DNA of 42,439 bases from a virus (Duplodnaviria; Caudoviricetes), in the IMG/VR virus record IMGVR_UViG_3300049009_000475, positions 1-42,439 of that record; one strand, 5' to 3'. The notes beneath the pieces were generated by a model. The model searched no databases. It was not told the origin of the DNA and saw nothing but the letters and a program-made list of their open reading frames with translations. Both the position numbers and the translations under genes were made by a program. Below are positions 19,602 to 27,287 of this stretch, in pieces (positions within the stretch are counted from its first letter, which is position 1; each line of letters starts with the position of its first letter).

Positions 19602-20198
19602 TTACTGATTCAGATATGGATTCAGTTGGTCGCGACAGAACGCATCGGCATCAGCAGCCACCGCCCCATCTAGGGCCGATAGTGTGAAGGATGGGGTGAA
19701 GTACTTGACCGCCCCTTTCTTCTGCTGATCGCCCTTGCTAGCTGCAACGGTCGCGTTGTAGATATTGCCAAGACCATTGGTCTCAACGAACTTAGACCAG
19801 TCTCTCAGACAGGCCCCAGATAGCTGGATATCGACAGGAACCCAAGCTTCGTTAATCTTTGCTAGTGCGAAGATGTTCGTGACGAACTTGCCACCGGCTG
19901 CAATAACCTCATTCTTGATGTCAGCATATGGTCCTTCAACAAGGACCACCTTGCCAGCACGTACGATGAATGGAGTCTTCGTGCTTTTGACAACATTGGA
20001 GTGGATGCGACAATTATTCGACTCGCTCCATCCTCCAACCGATGATGCAATCTCCATAACCACAAATTCGAGAGCGTCAGCTCTCACGTTCTTTTCACCA
20101 TCCCAATATGCCCACACACCTTCGGAACCACCGAATTCGATGTAGTACTTAACTGGGGACTTAATTCTGTTTGATGCTGGTGCGTCTACTCTGCTCAT
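19602..20198 (-). CDS. Conserved phage protein, candidate ssDNA-binding protein
   Basis: 198 aa, aromatic/beta-rich (VGGWSESNNCRIHSNVV, GPYADIKNEVIAAGGKF, KKGAVKYFTPSF); adjacent to an annealing protein and followed by a strong terminator. SSB call is tentative. Confidence 0.5.
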   Translation of the reverse strand: MSRVDAPASNRIKSPVKYYIEFGGSEGVWAYWDGEKNVRADALEFVVMEIASSVGGWSESNNCRIHSNVVKSTKTPFIVRAGKVVLVEGPYADIKNEVIAAGGKFVTNIFALAKINEAWVPVDIQLSGACLRDWSKFVETNGLGNIYNATVAASKGDQQKKGAVKYFTPSFTLSALDGAVAADADAFCRDQLNPYLNQ

Positions 20199-20234
20199 AA
20201 CTTCGCCTTTTGAAATAGATTTGTGGACTGGAGA

Positions 20235-20897
20235 CTATCGCCAGTCCGTATAGACTTTGATTGACTCGTCAATCTTAGTCTTGTCGTTTGTTAACTCTGT
20301 TAACTTCTTGATCATCTTTGCTGCTGTATCTCTCGTCACGTCGTAAATGCTGCGATATTGCTTCTCCCCAGAGTTAATAAAGGCGACAACATTGATGTCA
20401 AGCTTCTTACACTTACTATCAATGAAACTAATTTGTTCATTGGAGACTTTCTCCACGGTTTCTTCGGCCACAATTTTGGCCACATCATTTTTACTAAGCT
20501 CTTCTGCGGAACACTTCTTAAGCTTTAAAGCCTTGCGGAGGGCTCTTCCCTCTGCTCGGGTGGAGGCGGTCGCTACGGCGTATCCGCAGAAGAGTGCGTC
20601 TGTGTTACCGTGCCATACGTCAGCTACTTCAGAGTACTCTCTGGTGGTGCCACCAGAGTTCCAATCGAATACTACAGTGTATACCACAGTAGCTCTAGAA
20701 GGACCATTACCCTCTGATGGAAACACCTGAGTTGGGCCGCTCTGGACAATTGGTCCTAGGAGTAGTTCGGCCACTCTGCGGAGCCCAGCGGCATTGGGAT
20801 GCCCATCCTGAAGCTCATTCGGGACAAACTGAGACATCGCATAGGCGTCCCACTCTGGCGATAAATAATCTGGAACTTTCGCTTCTTCAGTGCTCAT
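20235..20897 (-). CDS. Rad52/Sak/Erf-like single-strand annealing protein
   Basis: Beta-beta-beta-alpha pattern ending in AVATASTRAEGRALRKAL...SAEEL, plus a small C-terminal helical domain (SNEQISFI...TRDTAAKMIKKL). Confidence 0.65.
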   Translation of the reverse strand: MSTEEAKVPDYLSPEWDAYAMSQFVPNELQDGHPNAAGLRRVAELLLGPIVQSGPTQVFPSEGNGPSRATVVYTVVFDWNSGGTTREYSEVADVWHGNTDALFCGYAVATASTRAEGRALRKALKLKKCSAEELSKNDVAKIVAEETVEKVSNEQISFIDSKCKKLDINVVAFINSGEKQYRSIYDVTRDTAAKMIKKLTELTNDKTKIDESIKVYTDWR

Positions 20898-20904
20898 TCT
20901 TGTC

Positions 20905-21714
20905 CTATCCTATTCGTCTGGTTACACCGTCTTTGATCTCAAGCTCGATCAATCTTTTCCCAACCGGAGGGAATTCAACTTCAATCTTCCGAAGTTCTGA
21001 AAGGATGAGGTCATAAACATCCTTCATTCTTTTTACCGACATCGATTTGTCGATCTGTCGTACTCTTATTATAGCATAGCCGTTTGCCAAAAGCAGACCT
21101 TGTTTTGCCGTATCCGCCGATTGCTGCTTTTTCAATTTGTCGTCACCCCAAACGGGGAGCCAGTGCGAAGGACCATCAATTTCAATAGCGGTCTTAAGAT
21201 CTGGGACGAACATATCGACTTCAAGAGCCTGACTCTGGATTAGGTTTCTGGCATGAATGATGACTCCATAACCTTCCTCTTCTAAAGCTGCCGACACGTA
21301 TCTTTCAGTCTTTGAGCCAATCTCGGCTGATTCTCGAATGGCCGCATAAGCCGCAGATCTCAATTCAGATCGGGCAGACTCGCTCATATTCTTCCATTGT
21401 TCCTTTTTCACATCCCGGAACTTCTGCTTATCTTCCTCAGGAAGATCCAGCCAAGCTTTTGATCTCTGGGCCGAGATGTTATTGATGGTCTCCTTAGAGA
21501 GCTTCTTACCCTTCGTGGGGTGCTTGGCTACGCCCTGAGCGATAGCCACACTCTGAGCCTCTGCATAGGAGCGAATTGTTACCCCAAGGAACTTAAGGGC
21601 TCTCCTGATTTTGGTTTCATTGGTGCCCATCTCGACAGCAATAACTGGAACAGATTTTAGTTCTTCAAGATAGGCATGACGGAGCTTAGCTCCATTTACG
21701 ATAGCGTATTGCAT
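20905..21714 (-). CDS. HTH + NUMOD3-like + Vsr/DUF559-type endonuclease (probable homing endonuclease)
   Basis: N-terminal HTH (KSVPVIAVEMGTNETKIRRAL), HPTKGKKLSKETINNIS, C-terminal EVDMFVPDLKTAIEIDGPSHW...D..K...GYAIIRV. Confidence 0.75.
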   Translation of the reverse strand: MQYAIVNGAKLRHAYLEELKSVPVIAVEMGTNETKIRRALKFLGVTIRSYAEAQSVAIAQGVAKHPTKGKKLSKETINNISAQRSKAWLDLPEEDKQKFRDVKKEQWKNMSESARSELRSAAYAAIRESAEIGSKTERYVSAALEEEGYGVIIHARNLIQSQALEVDMFVPDLKTAIEIDGPSHWLPVWGDDKLKKQQSADTAKQGLLLANGYAIIRVRQIDKSMSVKRMKDVYDLILSELRKIEVEFPPVGKRLIELEIKDGVTRRIG

Positions 21715-22136
21715 ATAGTATCCACATTAAACGGTAGGACAATTGAATCAAGATTGAAAAGGTTCTTGATGAATCTCTGATGGTGCTCAGATCTGACGAC
21801 AAGCTTGAGACCAGACAGAGTTTCGTAGACAGCATTAAAGTCGTACGGCTTCATAAGAAAGCTTAGATCCATAAGATAATACGCTTTTGTGGCATTTATG
21901 GCCGTCTTTTTGAGTATATCGGCTGACATTAGGCAAGTCGCCACCAGAGTCCAACCATAAGCATTGGCAATCTCTGTTATGTTCATGATGGAGAAATCTG
22001 CATCAGTCACCTGAGAGCTAATATTGACGTAAAAAAGAGAGGCCTCATCGGTCCCTCTGGCCACCTTATTAAGCTCCTCAAACGCCATCACTGATCTCTC
22101 TGAGAAGTTAGTATCGGCAACAATTAAACCAAACAT
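21696..22136 (-). CDS. Hypothetical protein, possible stand-alone GT-B N-terminal-like domain
   Basis: 146 aa Rossmann-like pattern (TLVATCLMSA...KAYYLMDL...LVVRSEHHQRFIKNLF); last gene of the sugar-enzyme block. Confidence 0.45.
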   Translation of the reverse strand: MFGLIVADTNFSERSVMAFEELNKVARGTDEASLFYVNISSQVTDADFSIMNITEIANAYGWTLVATCLMSADILKKTAINATKAYYLMDLSFLMKPYDFNAVYETLSGLKLVVRSEHHQRFIKNLFNLDSIVLPFNVDTICNTLS

Positions 22137-22813
22137 TTCTTCTCCTGTAGCACTTTTTTAGAGATAGCCGCAAATCCTATTTCTGTCAAAATTTGTGACA
22201 GTCTGTCAAAATTCGTATTATTGCTGAGCACTACTGACTTAGACATGCTTGGCTTAAACTTTTTGCCCTTAATGCCTTTGACTGCTTCAGTGATGAACTC
22301 ACTTTTGGTCGTGTACTTGAGAGGATTGCCATCAGAAGCAATGATGTCTAGCTCTCTATATCCAATATCAGACTTTGGGATGGGGGAAACATTTGCCGAC
22401 CTGTAGATGTTCCAGCAATCATGTGCTCCAACTGAGCCAGAATAGCACGGTAAAAGAGAAGGGCTCCCAAAGAAGTTTTTCACATTATATCCCAACTTAT
22501 AGAGATCCAATAGTGATGACTCCATATCAGAAATGGCCCCAATGTATGATACATCAGATTCATACTTGGTCAGCTTGATCGATTCAACAAATGACAGCAG
22601 ATTGATGAACGGACGTACACCAGATAGCTTCTTCAGATCGTACGCATCTGGGGTATTCTCTATCTCATCCGAGAACACAATGTCTGCATTAAAGTCGGCA
22701 ACAGAAGCTGCGTCATACTTTTGCAGGAATCCAACCTCCATGATATTTCTCAATGGAGCAATCAGAGACTGGACCCGAAAGTCATTTCTGTTAGTTATTA
22801 CTAGCGTCTTCAT
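22124..22813 (-). CDS. CgeB-like / GT-B-related protein
   Basis: KYESDVSYIG, NIYRSANV, YRELDIIASDG and VLSNNTNFDRLSQIL recall the CgeB / Glyco_trans_1_2 C-terminal pattern. Confidence 0.55.
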   Translation of the reverse strand: MKTLVITNRNDFRVQSLIAPLRNIMEVGFLQKYDAASVADFNADIVFSDEIENTPDAYDLKKLSGVRPFINLLSFVESIKLTKYESDVSYIGAISDMESSLLDLYKLGYNVKNFFGSPSLLPCYSGSVGAHDCWNIYRSANVSPIPKSDIGYRELDIIASDGNPLKYTTKSEFITEAVKGIKGKKFKPSMSKSVVLSNNTNFDRLSQILTEIGFAAISKKVLQEKKCLV

Positions 22814-23435
22814 AGTTCTTATTTATCTCCACGGCTCTCACGCCATCATAGACAATAGACATGTCCACATTTTTCAGTAACATATTCACGTACTCAAATG
22901 TCATCTTATTGTTCTTGAATGAATTGATGACAGACCGAGCAACCTGAAAGTCTTTTTTCGTTATATGCAATATCTGAGCCCATTTATCCTGCAGCCCATA
23001 TGATAGATGAATCACACGCCCGGCATCGTGAGAGACCCCCACACTCTTCTTATCCTCATTAGAGCACACAGATACTGAAGAATCAGAGTTTGGGCTGAGA
23101 GAAGCTTCGTTGAATATCATGTCCCCATGAATTACGTAGACAGAATCTTTCCGGATTGCATTCATCGCGAGTCGGAGACTGTCGGTTTGGCTTGTGAGCT
23201 TATAATTCTGGTTAACGATAAGCCGTATGTCATACTCTTTTTTACTGATGTGCTTAACGATTTTGTCATGTCCAACACCAGTGACTATGACTATATCGGC
23301 CTTTTTGTCAAATCTACAGATGGTCCTGATCTGATGATCTATGACCGTAGTTCCATCATATGATAATAAGGCTTTCGCACCTCTCGTCTGCATCGATCTG
23401 CCAGAGCCTGCGGACAAAAGAATGTATGTGCTCAT
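22791..23435 (-). CDS. Sugar/choline-phosphate nucleotidyltransferase (LicC/RmlA-like NTP transferase fold)
   Basis: YILLSAGSGRSMQTRGAKALL, DIVIVTG, NQNYKLTSQTDSLRLA, VIHGDMIF, AVEIN. Confidence 0.8.
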   Translation of the reverse strand: MSTYILLSAGSGRSMQTRGAKALLSYDGTTVIDHQIRTICRFDKKADIVIVTGVGHDKIVKHISKKEYDIRLIVNQNYKLTSQTDSLRLAMNAIRKDSVYVIHGDMIFNEASLSPNSDSSVSVCSNEDKKSVGVSHDAGRVIHLSYGLQDKWAQILHITKKDFQVARSVINSFKNNKMTFEYVNMLLKNVDMSIVYDGVRAVEINKNYEDASNN

Positions 23436-23800
23436 GCAGTGATCCTGAAAATTGGGCGAGGAACGTAGGAGATAATGTTGTTCTTACAAATCTCCTCAAT
23501 TGGATTCATAGTCTTGCATTCTGCCAATAGTGATCCCTTGTACAGTATTCCGGGATATACAGTTCTTATGGACGGAAACATACAATGAAGAGAATATATG
23601 CCATTTTGGTCATAATAGTCTCCATAGTAGGCACCAGCACCATTGAGCCATTTTCTTGGATCTTCTTCTAGCTGGCCGAGAGTTATATCAATGGCGTAGT
23701 CGCAGTCCAAGTCTGAGTATTTGCCCAACTTAACCACTTCGTCCACAAATGGACTTGTCTTTGGGGGGTTGTCCCGCAATGAATAGCCGATAATCTTCAT
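23432..23800 (-). CDS. Hypothetical protein, possible degenerate GT-A fragment
   Basis: 122 aa; GAYYGDY and IISYVPRPIF resemble the middle and end of GT2 domains; ATGA-coupled to the next gene. Confidence 0.45.
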   Translation of the reverse strand: MKIIGYSLRDNPPKTSPFVDEVVKLGKYSDLDCDYAIDITLGQLEEDPRKWLNGAGAYYGDYYDQNGIYSLHCMFPSIRTVYPGILYKGSLLAECKTMNPIEEICKNNIISYVPRPIFRITA

Positions 23801-24476
23801 CTATCTTCTTCCATTCTACTGTGGCACCATCGATCCCAAGAATCGCAGCATGCATATTTCCGAGATGACCTTTGAAGTATTTGTAGGCTACTGACATATA
23901 ACAGACCATACCAGTAGTGGCCAAGTGCCTACTCATCTTATAGTTAACAGAATGATTCAAGACATTCAGGGTGTCCTTATCGACCCTGTCACCAGACTTG
24001 ATAAAAAAGATCCAGCCGTTTTTGGCCTTCTTGAATGCTTCATCACAACCGGCCCCATCATACAGGGCTTCGACTATCTGAACGCATGAGAACCTATCCG
24101 TCCCGAACTTCTTAGACCACTGGTTGTAAATCTCAAGAAGGTTTTTAGTCGTATGACATACTATAACCCTTGGCGGCTTTGGAGTATCAAGATTATAGAT
24201 GTCTTCCAAAGTTTGGCCTAGGTCGTCACCCTCATCATGCATGACCACTATATTTGACCTGATATAGACATCTTTCTCGATATCTCCACCAGTCCAATCA
24301 GACCTCCTCCACATGCAGAGTTGGTCAATTTTGTAGAACGTGGAATCCTCATCCTGATATCTGGATATCTCGGTTCCAGCCTCCCTGAATCTATCTAAAA
24401 CATTAAGGGAGCAACCAGTCTGGACTTTGCCATGCATTTCCTTGAATGCACAATCTTTGCATGTAGTACTAATCAT
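23730..24476 (-). CDS. Cys4 domain + GT2-like protein
   Basis: N-terminal CKDC...GC...LC; then IVVMHD...LGQTLEDI...RVIVC...DEAFKKAKNGWIFFIKSGD, a GT2-like pattern lacking the DxD motif. Confidence 0.5.
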   Translation of the reverse strand: MISTTCKDCAFKEMHGKVQTGCSLNVLDRFREAGTEISRYQDEDSTFYKIDQLCMWRRSDWTGGDIEKDVYIRSNIVVMHDEGDDLGQTLEDIYNLDTPKPPRVIVCHTTKNLLEIYNQWSKKFGTDRFSCVQIVEALYDGAGCDEAFKKAKNGWIFFIKSGDRVDKDTLNVLNHSVNYKMSRHLATTGMVCYMSVAYKYFKGHLGNMHAAILGIDGATVEWKKIDEDYRLFIAGQPPKDKSICGRSG

Positions 24477-26124
24477 TTAGCCAATCCTCTCTCTGTAGTT
24501 GTCTTTTGCCACATCTTACAGATTCCCAAAAATTAAAGATCTCTGCCTTTGTCTTTAGTATCTTAATTACGTGGTTCCTATTGAATTCCACGAAATTGAC
24601 CCGATTGAAGTATGAATTTTCTGAATAGAAGAATCCACATGGGTTCGGCTTATACGATTGAAAGTTCAAATCTCTCAATAGGCAGTTAGCCTCGTACGAA
24701 TTCATCATGTCTGAGTGAGGCAGGTAGGAGCTGATGGCCCAATCCAAAAAGGCCTTATTATTGTTAAATGTGGGGATTGTGGTCTCGTCTGGAATTTTGA
24801 TCTGGCGGAATGGCTTATCCCAATTGGCCTTTGGGGCATCGTCCAAGGAAATCATCCATTTAGCGACAACATCGTCCCAGTTGAAATTCTTCTTGTAGGC
24901 CGACAATGTGGCTTCGGACAACTTAGATCTATCAGACTCCGGTAAAGAGAAAAACATTTTCCAATAGTCGACCACCTCATCGATATCTGGAATCGCCCTG
25001 TAGCATCCTGTTTCAAGCTCAAGTGCTTTCACTTTTACTGGAATAGGGAACCCAGCAACTTTTCTAACGATCGATTCCATGGCCGAATAATCTGTGGACA
25101 TTACGGGAATTCCACAAGCGGCGGCTTCTAGCTGGCCGATTCCCATGCCTTCGCTATTGCTATACTGAATATATAGATCAAACAGATTATATATTTTGGC
25201 TAGCTCAGCAGTTGTAGCACCATTACTAACACTAGAAAGCTTTGAGGCATACTTCTTACAACCCTTACACTGCTTAAGTGTATCGCTGAATTTGGATACG
25301 GTCAGCTTTCCACATTCTTCGCAGGCGTACGAAAAGAGTACCCGAGATGAAATCCCATACTTCATCATAAGCTGTGGAAGATCCCACCCATTATCTGGGT
25401 ATGACGTGTGACAGTATAGGTAGGTCTTTTCGTCTTTACTGGTGGCAAGATAGAGAGCGAAGGCCTCTAGGAGGTCAGGGAAGAGCTTACGTCTCTGATT
25501 CCGCATTACCGTCCCAATAATCTTCCAGTCAGGGTCAAGGCCCATGGAGAGTCTATGGGCGACCTTGTTGGGGACAGGCTTGAACTCGTCAGCCGCACAC
25601 ATTGTGACAGAGCCTATTAGGTTCACTGAGTCTCCAGCCTGCTCCTTAACGACTCCTTCTGCCCACTCCGAAAGGGTATAGAAGTAGTCTGCGTCGGCAA
25701 ACTGATTAATCCACTCAGGATTTTGGGGGGCTGAGTCTACTGTACTGGCCCAAGACCATGAGAAAAATGGCCTGAATGGAGATTGCTTTAGCCAAGAATC
25801 CATCCATGGGTCTTTTTGCATCAAGACTACATCTGGCTTAAAGTCCATACAGATGCGTTCGAATCTCCAAGCACCAAATTGGTTAATTGGATTAGAAGCA
25901 TAGATGTTTTTGACTTCGTCGGAGTCTGACTTGGACGGAGCAATTGGATAATTCTTCCAAGGAATCTCTTTGCGTCTGGGGTCATCTGCTGATCCATAGC
26001 AGGACATCTCGGCCACTTCATATTTGCCGGTCGCTATAAGTCTCTTGATTAATTCGCGACCATAGGATGCATATCCAGTGTTCAGATACGAGGCTTCAGA
26101 GCCGACTAAGATTCTTTTGAGCAC
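24469..26124 (-). CDS. GT4 (Glycos_transf_1) glycosyltransferase with Zn-ribbon insertion
   Basis: LNTGYASYG; IGTVMRNQRRK; IYNLFDLYIQYSNSEGMGIGQLEAAACGIPVMSTDYSAM (EX7E motif); inserted CEEC...CKGC. Confidence 0.9.
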   Translation of the reverse strand: MLKRILVGSEASYLNTGYASYGRELIKRLIATGKYEVAEMSCYGSADDPRRKEIPWKNYPIAPSKSDSDEVKNIYASNPINQFGAWRFERICMDFKPDVVLMQKDPWMDSWLKQSPFRPFFSWSWASTVDSAPQNPEWINQFADADYFYTLSEWAEGVVKEQAGDSVNLIGSVTMCAADEFKPVPNKVAHRLSMGLDPDWKIIGTVMRNQRRKLFPDLLEAFALYLATSKDEKTYLYCHTSYPDNGWDLPQLMMKYGISSRVLFSYACEECGKLTVSKFSDTLKQCKGCKKYASKLSSVSNGATTAELAKIYNLFDLYIQYSNSEGMGIGQLEAAACGIPVMSTDYSAMESIVRKVAGFPIPVKVKALELETGCYRAIPDIDEVVDYWKMFFSLPESDRSKLSEATLSAYKKNFNWDDVVAKWMISLDDAPKANWDKPFRQIKIPDETTIPTFNNNKAFLDWAISSYLPHSDMMNSYEANCLLRDLNFQSYKPNPCGFFYSENSYFNRVNFVEFNRNHVIKILKTKAEIFNFWESVRCGKRQLQREDWLND

Positions 26125-26546
26125 ATTAACTCTCCGACTTTCAAAAGTCTACTTTTGATCTCCCTAGTTGGCAATTGTAGCCTTCTAGCTATTTCTCTTT
26201 TACTGTGGCCTGCGGCCAACATACGGATCATTTCTGTCTCTTCTGCTGGCAGATCCGGAAGGGATTCCCACAGATCTGACTGATCGTCTATAGCCACATC
26301 TTTTGGAAGGATGGTATTCGAAAAAGCTCGATTATGCTTTTTTACGAACTTGACCATGTCACGGCGAACACACAGAGTGAAAAAGGTACTTCTCTGAGAT
26401 TTTGACGGATCAAATGATTGTTCAAGCCTTATAGCCGACTGCAAACCTATCTGGAAGAGGTCTTTAAAGTCATAGAGGTGAGTCTTCCTATAGAGAGAGT
26501 GTGCCAGATCGGCTATAAGGGCTTCATACTTTGCTAGTTCTTCCAC
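26106..26546 (-). CDS. Phage RNA polymerase sigma-70-family factor (regions 2 and 4 only)
   Basis: Region 2 DFKDLFQIGL...SFDPSK..RSTF; region 4 LPAEETEMIRML..GHSKREIARRL. Start moved to GTG 26546, which has GGGAG upstream. Confidence 0.85.
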   Translation of the reverse strand: MEELAKYEALIADLAHSLYRKTHLYDFKDLFQIGLQSAIRLEQSFDPSKSQRSTFFTLCVRRDMVKFVKKHNRAFSNTILPKDVAIDDQSDLWESLPDLPAEETEMIRMLAAGHSKREIARRLQLPTREIKSRLLKVGELMCSKES

Positions 26547-26559
26547 GAGCGTCTCCCAA

Positions 26560-27213
26560 CTAAACAGAGAAACAATTCTCGAATTTGACGGTGCCAACTG
26601 CTTTTCGGATTAGTCGCATGGACTTAATCAGGACCTCTGCGGTCATAATCACGTCACCAAGAGCATCGTGCGATTCTCCTTTGTCCTTCCAGCCCATATG
26701 CTTACGGATCAGAGAGTCGGCAGATAGACGAGTGACGTTCTTATCGTTCTCGAAAAAATTCCACATTAGCATCATAACATCCAACTTGATTGTTGGATGG
26801 AATGGATCTTCAATACCGAATCTATTGAATTCTCTGTTGAGGATTGGTAAGTCGTAGTTGATAATATTATAGCCAGAAACTATTGGGGCCTTCCATTTTG
26901 TTTTAGAGTAGTTATGACTGTGGACGTATGTCACAAAATTTTTCAGTCCGGTCTCTATATCGACCCCTTTTTCGGCCAATAGAGCGTGCCCCTTTTTGTG
27001 TACAGCTATAGCCCCCTCTGTGATTTCTTCTAGGCCCTTTGCTTTGGCTTCTTCTCCGTAAAGGGGCTTAGTGAGAATATTGAATTCTGAACCTTCTATA
27101 ATCTCAAGCCTCCTAGCGTCGACAGCAATTGCCCCGATCTGTACTATCTGGGATCTCTCGGTTGAAAGCCCCCCGGTCTCCAAGTCGGCTACCACTATGG
27201 TCGAATAGTTCAT
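26560..27213 (-). CDS. DEDDh 3'-5' exonuclease (DnaQ-like)
   Basis: ExoI VADLETGG, ExoII GYNIINYDLP, ExoIII HDALGDV. Confidence 0.9.
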   Translation of the reverse strand: MNYSTIVVADLETGGLSTERSQIVQIGAIAVDARRLEIIEGSEFNILTKPLYGEEAKAKGLEEITEGAIAVHKKGHALLAEKGVDIETGLKNFVTYVHSHNYSKTKWKAPIVSGYNIINYDLPILNREFNRFGIEDPFHPTIKLDVMMLMWNFFENDKNVTRLSADSLIRKHMGWKDKGESHDALGDVIMTAEVLIKSMRLIRKAVGTVKFENCFSV

Positions 27214-27287
27214 TTTTTACTCAATTCTGCTTAAAGAAAGCGTATCTATGTTAGAAAGTACTTCATTACACATTAGGAGTGATAGAA

